The notes under the pieces: generated by a model
What the model was told of the DNA's origin: nothing
The model's input: the letters and a program-made list of their open reading frames with translations, nothing else
Database searches by the model: none
Part shown: piece after piece, positions 41,590-63,141 of the stretch
Layout: each line of letters opens with the position of its first letter
Position numbering within the stretch: the stretch's first letter is position 1
From: the human T2T-CHM13v2.0 reference genome, Homo sapiens
Direction: 5' to 3' (one strand)
DNA length: 64,000 nt
NCBI RefSeq assembly: GCF_009914755.1
Contig: NC_060931.1
Translations under genes and position numbers: made by a program

Positions 41590-43781
41590 CTCACCAAACC
41601 TAGTCTCTGTTCTGTCCTTGGTCTTCTTCTGGACACTGCTGGGATCCAGAAGAGTGTGTTATCAATTCTCGAGGCTGGGAGAAGTCAGGAGTGGAGAACA
41701 GCTCTGAGAAGTTACTGTTGTCCAACTGAACTCCCAGGTGCCGACAGAGTCCGGTCCCTCCAATCAGGAAGGTCGGAATCTCTGATGTCATCGCTCATGC
41801 CAACCTGGCAACCAGTTTGAAAAAAAACACATGTAACTGCCAGGCTGATCTCTTGTCCTGGAGATCCTGGGTGAATGGTATCTCCTGCCACTGTCCCAAC
41901 CTCAGACCACTGTCCAAAAGCATCTTCAGGGTCTCCGCATCCCTCTGTTCCCTGTCCCAGCAGAGGCTGTGTCCTCTCCACTCAAAGCTTGAAGCGTGTT
42001 GGGGTCTCCTCTTCTCTGTACATGCCCGTTTCAGAGTCCAGTCTGGTGGGAGAGGGATCAGGATGGGAAAGAAAAGTAGGGTAAGCAGAAACGATGAAAC
42101 CTTACAAGAGTGAGATTATCATGTACAAGAGATCCCAGGAACATTGACTTGATGAAAAAGTCACATCAGAGCACTCAATTTGGCAGAGGTTTTCTGCCGA
42201 ATGTCTACTGACATTCACTGTCCGAGATTCTGTACTGGGGGTACACGCGTCCTCTGCCCTAAGGCATCTTTGAGTCCAAGAGATACTTTGAGGACTGGAA
42301 ATCATAGGAAACTGCCCATGAGTTCACACATATTTCCAATGGTGTCCCCAATTTCAGGGAGTCCACGGATCACCTAAAGCCAGCCCCTCCAGTTTGGCTA
42401 AGAAACTCTATATATCAAGTTTTGTATCATATGTATTGCTCTTAACTCAGAAAATTCCACCATTTATAGCAGTGGTTTATTTATTTATACCATTGAAGGA
42501 AATGGTTTATTTATGAATCTATATTACGGATATTCTATAAGATACTGGGTGTACAAAAAGACTAAGTCGAAAAATCTCAGCTGTGCACAGTGGCTCATGC
42601 TTGTAATCCCATCTCTTTGGGTGGCCAAGGGAGGAAGACTGCCTGAGGCCAGCAGTTCAAGACCAGTATAGGCAACATAGCAAGAGCCCATCTCTAAAAC
42701 AAAACAAAACAAAACAAAACAAAATTAGCCAGGTGTCGTGGCTGGCACCTGTGTTCCAACAACTTGAGAGACTGAGGTGGCAGGAGGATTGCTTGAGCCT
42801 AGGAGTTAGGGGCTGCAGTGAGCTGTGATCGTGACACCGCACTCCAGTCTGGGCAACACAGCAAGACCTTGTGTCAAAAAAATTTTTTTAATTAAATATA
42901 AAAGAGTTTCATGACATTCAGAGACCATCCAAAGAACCTGTGGGTTCTGGCCAGGCACAGTGGCTCACGCCTGTAATCCCAGCGCTTTGGGAGGCCATAG
43001 CAGGTGGATCGCTTGAGGTCAGGAGTTTAAGAGCAGCCTGGCCAACATGGTGAAACCCCATCTCTTCTAAAAATACAAAAAATTAGTCAGGCATGGTGGT
43101 GGGTGCCTGTAATCCCAGCCACTCAGGAGGCGGGGACAGCAGAATGGCTTAAACTTGGGAGGCGGAGGTTGCAGTGAGCCAAGGTCGCACCATTGCACTC
43201 CAGCCTGGGCAACAAGAGCAAAACTACATCTCAAAAAAAAAAAACAAAAAAAAAACAAAAAGAACCTGTGGATGAGTTCCCACATGGCTTCCTAACGGGC
43301 TGCGGCTCTCCTAGGAGTCTCTCGCTCATGGGAAAGGCATAAACTGAATGCGGAAGGAAATCCCATTGCTGTGGAAGTCCCATTGTTAGGAAGCTCTGCT
43401 TTTCTGGAGTTCAAATTTGCATTCATGACGCTTTAAACCGTCAGAGCTGGGTGTGTCCTCCTACAACAAATCACTTTACTCTCTCTCTCTCCTAGTTAAC
43501 AGGCTTTCAACTATTAGAACATCCATGTTCTGACCTCATTAAAATTGCTCTTTTGTGGAATGAAAAGCTCTGATTTAACCCGTCTTTAAGCCTGGTATGC
43601 ATATTCCTCTCTGTTCCGGCCACCTTGTCTAGACACACTACACTGAGGCAGTGCCCATCTTAGATGATGTTGATACATTGTCAGAAAATGGGCAAACCAG
43701 GTGCGGTGGCTCACACTTGTAATCCCAGCACTTTTGGAAGCCGATGCCGACAGATAACCAGAGGTGAGGAGGTTGAGATCA

Positions 43782-44033
<252 letters not shown>

Positions 44034-44970
44034 TCAGAAAAAAGCAAAACAGTCACCTCTCACCTTTTCTTTTCCTGCAATGATGCCGTTTAATACAACA
44101 ATGGCTGTAGGTCTGCGGCAGAAATATCATTCAAGTGAAACAGAAGGGCTTTCCTGGCTGGACACAGTGGTCACTCCTGCAATCCCAACACTTTGGTTGG
44201 CTAAGGTGGGAGGATTTCTTGCGGCCAGGAGTTCGAGGCTGCAGTGAGCTGTGATCCACCACTGCATTCCAGGCTGGGCATCAGAGTGAGACCTGTCTCT
44301 AAAAAAACCCTTCACTCCCCAAATAAAGGGATTTTCAAATACCAGCCTTTCAGCATGAGGATCACATGGAGGAACATTAAGACACAGATGCTGGGACCCA
44401 GCCCTATTGATTGTAATTAAAAAACTGAGGTGAGGCCTGATTTAGCTCCATCATTGGAATCCATTCAGATTTGAAATTCTCTGAGTTGGACAGTGCAAGA
44501 GAGATCCTAAAGAAAGCAAAGTCACTGTGGACTGAAATGAGCTGACAAGGTTTTCTGAGCGTGGTGAAATATGATCTGGGCCTCGCTTGGGAGGGCTGTG
44601 GCCAGGCCTTGAGTCCGTGGCTCAGTGGGACCTTCTGAAACAGCCTCCAATCCGTGCCCCCACTTCATTTGCTAGTGGATGACCCCCTCCAGCGGCTTTG
44701 GTGCTGATGGGAATAAGTCAACCTGCAGCGGAAGTTCAGCCCAAGTTTCAGCCCAGCAGCTTCTACACACCTGTCCGTGGTCTGGTCATGCTGCCATCTC
44801 TGCGGTTCTCTGCGGAGTCGTGGTTTCTGTACCTTGAAGAGAACTTCCCCTCTGGGACCCAGAAACCCAGTGAATCCTCAGGAAAGAAGGGAATGAAATT
44901 ACTGAAGACAACTCTGTGGCGGGGAGATGGAAAAGAGGCTCTCTCTCTTTTTTTTTTCCTAATATTTTGA

Positions 44971-45129
<159 letters not shown>

Positions 45130-45595
45130 TAGGGTTTCGTCATGTTTGCCGGGCTGGTCTTGAACACCTGACTTCAAATGATCCACCCGCCTCTGCCTCT
45201 CAAAGTGCTGGGAATACAGGCATAAGACACTGCACCCGGCCTGTTTTTGTTTTTTAGAGACAAGGTCTCTGTTGCCTTGGCTGGGGTGCAGTGGTACAAT
45301 CAGCTCTCTGTTGCCTCCTGGGCTCAAGCAATCCTCTTCTCTCAGCCTCCCAAGTAGCTGAGACTACAGGTGCATGCCTGTAGTAGATATAGCATCTTGC
45401 TCTGTTGCCCAGACTGGTCTTGAACTCTTGGTCACAAGCGATCCTCTTGCCTTGGCCTCTCAAAGTGCTGGAATTACACGCGTGAGCCATTGAGCCCAAC
45501 CAGATAAGATGATCTTTAAGGGCCCTTCCCATGGTACCATATCCAAGTCAGCGAGACTGTGGCTATAGCAAGTTTAACATAACCAGATACGCTAG

Positions 45596-45730
45596 TATTA
45601 TGGGCTGCATGGTGTGCCCCCCACCCCTAATTCATGTATTGAAGCCATGACCCTCCAGACCTTAGAGGTGACCTTATTGGAACCAGAGTCTTTACAGAGG
45701 TGATCAAGTTAAAATGAGGTCACTAGAGGC
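45596..45730 (+). mobile_element. MLT1-family MaLR LTR 5' fragment
   Basis: tattatgggctgcatggtgtgcccccc..aattcatgtattgaag..gtgaccttattggaa..gtctttacagaggtgatcaagttaaaatgaggtca. Confidence 0.7.
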
Positions 45731-46149
45731 CAGGCACGGTGGCTCACACCTGTAATGCCAGCACTTCGGGAGGCCGAGGCAGGCAGATAATGAGCCCAAG
45801 AGACCGAGACCATGATGTCCAACATGGTGAAACCCTGTCTCTACTAAAAATACAAAAATTAGCCAGGCGTGGTGGTGTGGGCCTGTAGTCCCAGCTACTC
45901 AGGAGGCTGAGGCAAGAGAATCGCTTGAACCCGGAAGGCAGAGATTACAGTCAGCCAAGATCATGCCACTACACTCCAGCCTGGGTGACAGAGTGAGACT
46001 CTATCTCAAAAAAATAAAAATTAAAAAACTAAAAACCTACAGTACCGCCTTTTACATAATGCAATGGTTTGGTAAGCACATGCACCCCAGGGAGGTAGTG
46101 GCAGATTCAGTCAACCTTCCCAGCAGCGTGGAGACGCAGTCAGGCATAG

Positions 46150-46696
<547 letters not shown>

Positions 46697-47242
46697 TAAG
46701 AATTAAAATGCACATAATAATAGACTTTACCTCACAAACTGGCTTCAATTATTCGATGAGACTTATATGTATTACTTAAATGAGGTTAAATTTAACCTTT
46801 AAAAAATGATTTATTGTGGCTGGGCACAGTGGCTCACACCTGTAATCCCAGCACTTTGGGAGGCCAAGGCAGACGGATCACTTGAGGCCAGGAGTTGAAG
46901 ACCAGCCTGACCAACACGGCAAAACCCCATCTCCGCTAAAAATACAAAAATTAGCCAGGCATGGTGGTGCACACCTGTAATCCTAGCTACTCAGGAGGCT
47001 GAGACACAAGAATCGCTTGAACCCGGGAGGCAGAGGTTGCAAGGAGGTGAGATCACACCACTGCACTCCAGCCTGGGCAATAGAGTGAGGCTCTGCCTTA
47101 AAACAAAGAAAAATGATTTTGGGGGATGATGGGGTGTCACTATGTTGACCAGGCTTGTCTCAAACTCCTTGCCTCAAGCAATCCACCCACCTCAGCCTCC
47201 CAAGTAGCTGGAACTACAGGCGCATGCCACCACGCCTGGCTA

Positions 47243-47244
<2 letters not shown>

Positions 47245-47299
<55 letters not shown>
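47245..47299. repeat. (TG)~27 microsatellite inside an Alu middle region
   Basis: Uninterrupted tgtgtg... run of about 54 bp (potential Z-DNA, likely polymorphic). Confidence 0.93.
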
Positions 47300-47302
<3 letters not shown>

Positions 47303-47730
47303 AACAAGGTCTTACTGTGTTGTTTAAGCTGCTCTCAAACTCCTGGCTGGGCTCAAGTGATCCTCCCACCTTGGCCTCCCAAAGCATTGGAATTACAGGT
47401 GTGAGCCACCTCACTGAGCCCTCCACCTTTCAGCTGAACGCAGAAAAGTACAATCTTTTAACCCAAAGCGTTCCTCACACTTAGGGTCAGGAAGAGCCCT
47501 TCATGCCCTGGAGGCAACTACTAACCCTCTGCTAAACACTCTGACTCTGGGTGTGAGAAACACACCTACTGTGCCCCACATATTTTTCCAAATACAACTT
47601 AATTTAGCCTTCACGACAACCCTGGAGTGAAGGATCATTAACTTTATTTCATAGATGTGGAAACTGAGACTCAGAGGCAGGAAATGACCTCCTTCTGGAG
47701 GCTGCAAATTCTTTGATGCTCCTTTGATCA

Positions 47731-48084
<354 letters not shown>

Positions 48085-48135
48085 CTAGAACTTTGGGAGG
48101 CCAAGGTGGGAGGATTGCTTGAGGCCAGGACTTCA

Positions 48136-48484
<349 letters not shown>

Positions 48485-48491
48485 TTAATTA

Positions 48492-48659
<168 letters not shown>

Positions 48660-48774
48660 CTATGACCCCCCCTTTAATTTTGGCCCAACCTTAGTAACAG
48701 GATAGTCATTGAGTAGGGCAAAAGTGATGTTATGATGTTTTTCAGCCTCCAATTTACAGTCTAAAACATGTACG

Positions 48775-49108
48775 CGGTGGCCCTGAGCTGTTGTGTAAAT
48801 GGACTCACTGCCCTGAGGCCACCATGCTGCAAGGAAGCCCAAGCTAACCCTAGGATGTGCCCTGAGACGACATGAAGACGCATCCCCAGCCAGCCTTCCA
48901 CTACCCCATCCTTCACTGCCCCATTCTCACCCCCGCCCACCTCCTTACTCCCTCCACCCCTCCACCTGCCTCCAGCCAGAATTGCACAGCCAGCTACTTC
49001 CAGAATCGCTGGTCCAAAGAAATCACGACAGGCGCTAAGTTTGGGGCAATCCATTTAATGCTACTAAGTTGTGGGATGGTTTGTTTGAGCAGCCCCAGAT
49101 AACAAACA
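48775..49108 (+). mobile_element. Old MLT1-family LTR 3' part
   Basis: gccctgaggcccaccatgctgcaaggaagcccaagcta...ctactaagttgtgggatggtttgtttgagcagc..agataac. Confidence 0.6.
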
Positions 49109-49254
49109 TTCCTTGAGGTCACATGCTAACCAAGCTGTGATTCGAACACTGCCTCTCAAATTCACGAGCAAAAGAGGGGGAATTCTGTTTGAAATGCCAA
49201 AAAGAACTCTTTCTTGCTTTTATTATTTTTAATTTATGTATAATAATTGTATGT

Positions 49255-50365
<1,111 letters not shown>

Positions 50366-51351
50366 TAGAGACGGGGTTTCACCATGTGGCCAGGCTGGTC
50401 TGAACCCCTGATCTCAAGCAATCCACCCGCCTCGCCCTCCCAAAGTACCAGGATTACAGATGTGAGCCACCATGTCCGGCCCCAGAGAGAATTTTTAAAT
50501 CACATGGGTTGTGGGATCATGTGCCTTGGAGAGAGAAAAACCGTTAGGAAAAAAGAGTAGAAAACCAACCAACCAAACAAACAAAAAATAGCAGGAAGAC
50601 AAAGGGCGTGCAGTGTGCTTTCAGTGAGGATTTACACAGGACAGAAACGGTAGGAATGGCTGTGTGGCTTTGGAATGAAAAGTAGGTTAATAGAGCTGAT
50701 CAATGCACGGCGAGTCTGGATGCAGGATGCCATGAAGGATGGCTGTTTTAATGATGAGAGAGGCTGGGAGAAGGGCCGATAGGGAAACCCAGCTTTCGGG
50801 CCCAGACACTGGAGCAGCCTCCACGCTGCCATGGTCTGGAGAAAGCTATGGCAGGGTCAAGGTCTTTGACCCGTGTGCTCATCATCGGTGCCTCTGTTGG
50901 GAAGGTGGCTGCATGCTGCCAGGATAGTAGCAGGTGAGTGGCAGGCTCTGGGGTCTGCAGACCTGATTAGAAGGAGGACAGGGCAGGCCTGCTGGCTGTG
51001 CCATGACAAGGCAAATTTATAACTCTCTGACCACAAAGGAGAGTTCCACGGGGCTGAAGCCTGCGAGGGCTGAGGAGTTCATGAGATTCCCATTCAGCCA
51101 GCCCCATGGAGGGGAAGGAGGGGATGAGGGAGGCAGGGAGTGTCCTTGGCTTTTCCTCTTTTTCTTTGGGGCTGAGACTCAGCCTTCCTGGGAGGGGCTG
51201 GGAGCTGGCATTTACATTCACGGGTCTGGTCTGTTTAAAAGGACAGACTTACTGTATTGACCTCAAAATTATACCCTTGAACTTGCAGGTTCTCCACAGT
51301 TTCTTTCTTAGGGTGGGAATGGAGTTGGGTTAGAGGCATCTTTGAGATGCT

Positions 51352-52011
<660 letters not shown>

Positions 52012-52361
52012 TGAACTCCTGGGCTCAAACAATCCTCCTGCCTCAGCCCCCTGAGTAGCTGAAACTACATGTGAATGCCACCACACCCAGCTAATTTCTT
52101 CATTGTTTGTAGAGATGTAGAGATATAGAGACAAGGATCTTGCTATGTTGCCCAGGCTGGTCTTGAACACCTGACTTCCAGCCCTCCTCCTGCCTCAACC
52201 TCCCAAATTGCTGGGATTACCAGAGTGAGCCACCTCGCCCAGCCTCCAGACCTTTTTGAATTCCAGAATTGAAGAGCAATTTTAGATCTATAATATGGTT
52301 TTTGGAGGATTGCTGAGGGACTCAGTAAGAAACAATAGTAGGGAGAGGAGAGCTTGAACTA

Positions 52362-52805
<444 letters not shown>

Positions 52806-52808
52806 TCA

Positions 52809-53069
<261 letters not shown>

Positions 53070-53349
53070 TTAAATGCCTAGAACATTCTGTTCTTCTTAG
53101 TGAGGACCGCCCTCTATTGAAACTATTTTTCCAGAGCCTAATTGGCCTGCGGAAAAGAAAATATCCAACCTCACCCACCTCCTTCCACAACTGGATAAGA
53201 GAAATACCTATTCCAGCTCCCCCAGCCTTCCTATGTAGCCTAAAGGGCAGTGGGGATGGAACTGAGAGAAATGTGTAAAAGGCACAACCCTGGGGCATAG
53301 GCTCACTGCAGACTGAGACCTGGTCTGGCTTGGTGGCTTGTGAATTATA

Positions 53350-54145
<796 letters not shown>

Positions 54146-55350
54146 TTATCCCATCTAAATATGTATTCTTGAATACTATTGTTTTGCCTGGTTTTTTTTT
54201 TTTTTTTTTTTTTTTTTGAGACGGAGTCTTGCTCTGTCGCCCAGGCGGGAGTGCAGTGGTGCGATCTCGGCTTACTGCAAGCTCCGTCTCCTGGGTTCAC
54301 GCCATTCTCCTGCCTCAGCCTCCTGAGTAGCTGGGACTACAGGTGCCCGCCACCACGTCCAGCTAATTTTTTGTATTTTTAGTAGAGACAGGGTTTCACC
54401 ATGTTAGCCAGGATGGTCTCAATCTCCTGACCTCTTGATCCACCCACCTCGGCCTCCCAAAGTGCTGGGATTACAGGTGTGAGCCACTGCGCCCGGCCTA
54501 ATTTTTGTATTTTTAATAGAGACAGGGTTTCACCATGTTGGCCAGGCTGGTCTTGAACTCCTGACCTCATGTGATCTGCCCCTGCTTAGCCTCCCAAAGT
54601 GCTGGGATTACAGGCATGAGCCACCACGCCTGGCCAGATCTTATTTGGAAATGGTATTCTGCATTGTAATTTTTGTTCTGTTTTATTTTTACATTTTCTT
54701 TTTATGACATATCTAGGATTTGCTTTAAAACATCCCAGCCAAGAAAAAGAGGGGAAGGGGAGGACAGTTTGGAGCACATTGGCAAAATCCTGATTGCTAT
54801 TTAAGCTGGGCAGTGGGTCCATGGGGGTTCACTGTACTCTTCTGTCTACTTTTGTAAATGTTTAAAAATGTTTGTTGTAAAAAGTTCCTTGGTTTTCCTT
54901 ATGTTTCTCCAGAGAGGAAAAAAGATGTTCAGTTTTATATCTTAAAATGTACAAGCTACCTTGTTAGAATAAAACTAAATGTGTATGCTGCTGGGCACCA
55001 GGGCTCATGCCTGTAATACCAGCACTTTGGGAGGCCAAGACAGGTGGATCACCTGAGGTCAGGAGTTCGAGACCAACCTGGCCAGCATGGTGAAACCCCC
55101 GTCTGTACTAAAAATACAAAAATTAGTCGGGAGTGGTGGTGCACTCCTGTAATCCCAGCTGCTCAGGAGGCTGAGGCAGGAAGATCACTTTAACCCGGGA
55201 GGAGAAGGTTGCAGTGAGCTGAAATCCCACCACTGCACTCCAGCCTGGGCGACACAGCAAGACTCTCTGTCAAAAAAAAAAAAAAAAAAAAAAAAGCCAG
55301 GACTAGTTCATCAAGAAGCAAAATAATATGACAAACCCTACTTAAATGAT

Positions 55351-55570
55351 TTCATCTGGTTTCAACCACTGCCAGCTGGTTTGATCCAGTTTCAGCTGGT
55401 TTCAAATGACTTCATCCAGTTTCAGCCAGGTTAATTCAGCTTCAGCTGGTTGTGAACAGTTTGTGGCTCCTTTCAACCAGTTTCAGGTGGTTTCAGCCAA
55501 AGTCATCCAATGTTGGCTGGCTCCAACTGGTTTAACTCCTGTTTCAACTGGATTCAGCTGATTTCCACTC
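55351..55570. repeat. Degenerate 10-bp tandem repeat (TTCAGCTGGT / TTCAACCAGT), about 22 units
   Basis: ttcatctggt ttcaaccact gccagctggt ttgatccagt ttcagctggt ttcaaatgac ttcatccagt ttcagccagg ... in 10-bp register. Confidence 0.8.
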
Positions 55571-55829
55571 TCCTTAAGGCTGTGCTGTCCAATTCAGTAG
55601 CTCCTAGCTACATGCAGCTCTTTACATTTAAATTGATTAAAATTAAAGGAAGGCCAAGTTCGCTGGCTCACCCTGTAATCCCAGCACTTTGGGAGGCCGA
55701 GGTGGGAGGATCACTTGAGGTCAGGAGTTCGAGACCAGCCTGGCCAACATGGTGAAACCTTGTCTCTACTAAAAATACAAAAAACATTAGCCAGGCATGG
55801 TGGTGGGTGCCCATAGTCCCAACTATTCA

Positions 55830-55970
<141 letters not shown>

Positions 55971-55974
55971 CTAG

Positions 55975-57412
<1,438 letters not shown>

Positions 57413-59493
57413 CTCAGTCACGCTGCTCACAATTCCAGTGCCTACAAGGGCCAGGACCACATGTGTTCAAGTGGCCAGCATATTGGATGGTGCATTCATA
57501 GAACATTTCCATCACCACAGATGGTCCTTCTGGGCAGCTCTGCTCTCGGGAGGAGTTCAGATGTAGAGATCATGGCAGCAAAAGTCTCTCAGAGTCAGGT
57601 GAGAGGCAAAAAGATAAGTCTGTTATTGGCTGGGTGCGGTGGTTCACACCTATAATCCCAGCACTCTGGGAGGCCGAGGCGGGCAGATCACAAGGTCAGG
57701 AGATCGAGACCATCCTGGCTAACATGGTGAAACCCTGTCTCTACTAAAAATACAAAAAATTAGCTGGACGTGGTGGCAGGCACCTGTAGTCCCAGCTATT
57801 CAGGAGGCTGAGGCAGGAGAATGGCGTGAACCCAGGAGGCGGAGCTTGCAGTGAGCCAAGATCGTGTCTCTGCACTCCAGCCTGGGCAACAGAGGGAGAT
57901 TCTGTCTCAAAAAAAAAAAAAAAAAAAAAAAAGGAAGTCTGTTATTAACACCAGGAATGATCATTGTCACTTTTTTTTGAGACAGAGTTTCACTGTTGTT
58001 GCCCAGGCTGGAGTGCAGTGGCCCACTGCAACCTCCACCTCCTGGGTTCAAGTTGTTCTCCTGCCTCAGCTTCCTGTGTAGCTACAGGTGCCCACAACCA
58101 CACCCAGCTAATTTTTGTATTTTTAGTAGAGATGGGGTTTCACCATGTTGGCCAGGCTGGTCTCGAACTCCTGACCTCAGGTGATCCACCCGCCTCAGCC
58201 TCCCAAAGTGCTGGGATTACAGGCGTGAGTCACGGTGTCCAGCCCATTGTCACTTTTTACTGAGCACCTGCTATCTACCAGGGAGTGTCAAATGTGTAAA
58301 AATGCTATCAGTATGCCTTCCAACAACTCTATAGGGTGGGCATTATCACCCATATTAACAGAGAAGGAAAATGAGGGTTTTTTCCTTTTTTGTTTGGTTG
58401 GTTGGTTTTGGTTTTGGTTACTGAGACAGGGTCATACTCTGTCTCCCAGGCTGGAGTACAGTGGCAAGCCTCATAGCTCACTGCAGCCTCAACCTCCCAG
58501 GCTCAAGTAATCCCCCCAAGGAGCTGGGACTACAGGCATGCACCACCATGCCTGGCTTTTTTTTTTTTTTTTTTTTAGAGGTGGAGTCTCACTATGTTGC
58601 CCAGGCTGGTCTCAAACTCCTGTTCTCAAGCGATCCTCCTGCCTCAGCCTCCCAAAGTGCTGAGGTTACAGGCGTGAGCCACTGCACCTGGCTAGGAAAC
58701 TGAGTTTTTTCAGTGGTAGAGGCTCCTAGCCAGTGGCCAAGGGAAAGAGAGAGTTCTGGGTTCAGGGGCTGGCAGGAAGTTAGCAAGACACCAGGGACTC
58801 AGCTACACTGGCTGGATCTCAGAGAAGAGCAACTGCCACAGTGGGGACCTGGAGCACAAGGGGAAACTGGGGCAGCAGCTGCACCACAGGGTTGGCGGTA
58901 CCTGATAAGGGAAGAGGATGACTTCCATAAGTAGGCCCACAGGTGCCCAGGGCTCCCCATACCCACTGGGTGCCAGGTCTAAAACCATGAGACCAGTACC
59001 AGCACCAACCACTCAAGGAGCTGAGACGGCTGACCCACTCTCTGCCCTGGCTAGGACTGGCCCCAGCACCCCCAGTGGGGAGGCCTCAATGATCCCAGCT
59101 GCCAGGGGCCCAGGAACACTAGCAACAGAAGAATGGCCAAAGTGACAGGGAACCCTTGAGACCCTAGAGCAGCAATGCCTGGGCCGGGCCTGATCCTTCC
59201 CACCAGCCCCCAGCCATTCCTGGCCTTCTGCCATGCTTCCTGGTTGGTCTGCAAAGTGCCTGGGGCAAATACCTTCTGGGAGAAGAGTAGAGAGGGTATC
59301 CAGGCTCCATGGGCCTCAGGATTCCTGAAGTAGGAGGCTCTGATGGGGCCACCCTGCTCTGGACAGAAATTCCCTAGCCTCAGGGACATGTTGAATCTTG
59401 TCACCCAGAGGAACCAAGTGGCTGGGTGGTAGCCCAGTGCAGTGGCTCATGCCTGTAACCTCAACACTTTGGGAGGCCAAGACAGGCAGATCA

Positions 59494-59814
<321 letters not shown>

Positions 59815-60887
59815 CTAAGACCAAATGGGCTCCCACTCCAGGAACGTCCCCCTTCCCACAGGGGCTGGGGAGATGGAGTCCGGGGCTGTGCTGCCCTCTG
59901 GAGCAGCAGGTGGAGGCCAAGGCAGCCTCACTGTTCTCCGGGGCCCTGGGAAGCCATGCAGAGAGGCAGAGGTCCTTTATGTGCCAGATGAGGCTGCTGT
60001 CAAGGGACTGCAAATCTGCTTGAGGTGTGACATATCTGTTTTTAGAACAAGAACATCACATCAGGAGGAGCCGGTGGCCAGAGCTTGGGGGAAGGGGGGA
60101 TCCAGGTCCAATTCCCATGTATCTAGGGCACATGTGCACAGCACTGAGGGCCACTCCAGCCCCTCCCCAGCTCTCAGAGGACCCTGCTCCCACCTGCCTT
60201 TTGCTCTGCTATCGGGCAGATGGCATTGTCTCTGCTTTGCAACTGATGAAATAGGAACTCTGGCTTCTGGGCTAGGCTGAGAGGGTGCTTGCTGCTGCCA
60301 TTCCGGGCCCAGGTGAGACATTCGGTCATGAGCATCTGTAGCTCTTGCCTGAGCCTCTGAGCCTGCCAGGGCAGAGCAGAAGCAAATGCATGAAGGCCCC
60401 TCCCCCAGGGGCTGCTCTTAGCCAGTGACTGATGAAAATGGGTGTGTAAACAGCTTAGCCACATGACCCCACACAGGTGGGACAACCATGGGTTTCCACA
60501 TTCTGTACTGCCTCCCAGAGGTCCCCACCAGGTTTAAGCTCAATTGCCCACACTGGTAACTGGTAACTTCCTTGATAGCACTCATTTCTTTTTTCATTCT
60601 TTTGGTGTTTTTTTAGATGGAGTTTTGCTCTTGTCACCCAAGCTGGAGTGCAGTGGTGCGATCTCAGCTCACTGCAACCTCCGCCTCCCAGATTCAAGCA
60701 ATTCTCCTGCCTCACCCTCCTGGGATTACAGGCATGTGCCACCACACCTGGCTAATTTTATGTTTTTAGTAGAGAGGGAGTTTCCCCATGTTGGCCAGGC
60801 TGGTTTTGAACTCCTGACCTCAAGTGGTCTGCCCACCTCAGCTTCCCAAAGTGCTGGGATTACAGGCATGAGCCACTGCGCCTGGCC

Positions 60888-60892
<5 letters not shown>

Positions 60893-60934
<42 letters not shown>
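60893..60934. repeat. (CT)n microsatellite
   Basis: ctctctct... about 20 units. Confidence 0.9.
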
Positions 60935-60936
<2 letters not shown>

Positions 60937-62739
60937 CTGGAGTGCAATGGTGCGATCTGGGCTTACTACAACCTCTGCCTCAAGAGTCCCTCTGCTGGGA
61001 CTACAGGTGCACACCACCACGTCCAGCTAATTTTTGTGGGTTTTTTTTTGTTTTTTTGTTTTTTGTAGAGATAGGGTTTCGCCGTGTTGCCCAGGCTGGT
61101 CTCAAGCAGTCCTCCTAGGTTCAAGCAATCTTCCGGCCTCAGCCTCCCAAAGTTCTGGGCTTACAGACCTGAGCCATTGTGCCTGACTAACACCCCTTTC
61201 TTGGCAGCCTTCCTGTCCATATCTGGCCTCTCTACTCCCCTACCTGGGTTTCTGGGATGACTTGCACTTAAGTCCTTGGAGGGAACTTTAAGCAGAAGGA
61301 TAGAGGAGAAAACTCAGAAATGGTGTGGGACCAGCAGCTTCCCCATTGTCTGGTCTGGAGTGGAGGTGGTCCAGGGATCCGGGGAGCCTGGCTCAAGCAG
61401 GATAGAAGTGACATCCAGGCTGGCCATCAGGGGGTGCAGTTCAGCAGCAGAGTCTCCAGGCCTGCTCACACTTGGACTGGTGCAGGATTCTCTTCTGGAT
61501 AGCCTGTTTAGATTGCAGTAGGACCTGAAGACTTGAAATTGGTGTTCAGCCCTGGGAGAGGGGTCTGGCCAGGCTTGCACAGCTGGGTCCAGGCTCAGGA
61601 CTGAGGTAGAAGCATAGTGTTCATCACAGCTGGAGCAAAAGTCCAGAAGAATGGACTTAACACTCCCAGTGGGTCAGAGGAGAGGCTAGCACGGGGTACA
61701 GACAAGATTCTGCAGACAGAGGCCAGAAGATTTTGTAGGCTACAAGATTCCGTAGACAGAGGCTCATGCCTATAATCCCAGCACTTTAGGAGGCCAAGGC
61801 AGGTGGATCACTTGAGGCCAGGAGTTCAAGACCAGCCTGGCCAACATGGTGAAACCCTGTCTCTACTAAAAATACAAAAATTAACCAGATGTGGTGGCGC
61901 ATGCCTGTAATCCCAGCTACTCAGGAGGCTGAATCAGGAGGATCGCTTGAACCCAGGAGGCGGAGGTTGCAGTGAGCCGAGATCACAACACTGCACTGCA
62001 GCCTGGGTAACAGAGCAAGACTCTGTCTAAATAAATAAATAAATAAATAAATAAAATCATGCAGACCTCATCCCCAGGAGGCAGTCTGAAATGGCTCAGG
62101 AAAAAAAAAAAAAGCAGGTGAAATTTGTGCAGGGGGATCTCACCTGAACAAGGATCAGAAAGACAAGGGGTTGTCCCCAAACCTACCCACCCTCCTAGTG
62201 GCAGCTGGACCCTGGACCCCCTCACCACCACCAGCCTACCCCATGCTATCCATCACCGGCCAGCTCATGTCCTAAACATCTCTGCATCCCTCCTCTCTCT
62301 CCATCCACGCTGCTGCCTCACTGGTCCTGGCCACCACGGCTCTCTCAGCTAGGCTGCAGTCACTTCCAGGCTGGATTCCCCACCCCTGCCCTTGACCTTC
62401 TCCTGTCCTCTACTCCACAAGGCAGCCAGAAGAATCTGCCAATGTATCCAGTCTTCTCTTGGGCTAGAGCCTTCTGGTGGCTTCCAATCTGCACCCATCC
62501 AAGCCCTTTGTGTCAGGCACCATCTCATCTTCATAAATCCTGTTTCTATTGCCTGGAGGACTCCCCCAGCCCTAACTTCCCCTGTTCCTAAATGACATTT
62601 CACCACCCTTCAGATCTCAATGTCACTTTTGACAGAAACCTTAGCCAGGCATGATAGCACACACCTGTGGTCCCAGCTACTCTGAAGACTGAGGAGAAAT
62701 GATCTCTTGAAGTCAGGAGCTGGGGGTTGCAGTGAGCTA

Positions 62740-63141
<402 letters not shown>

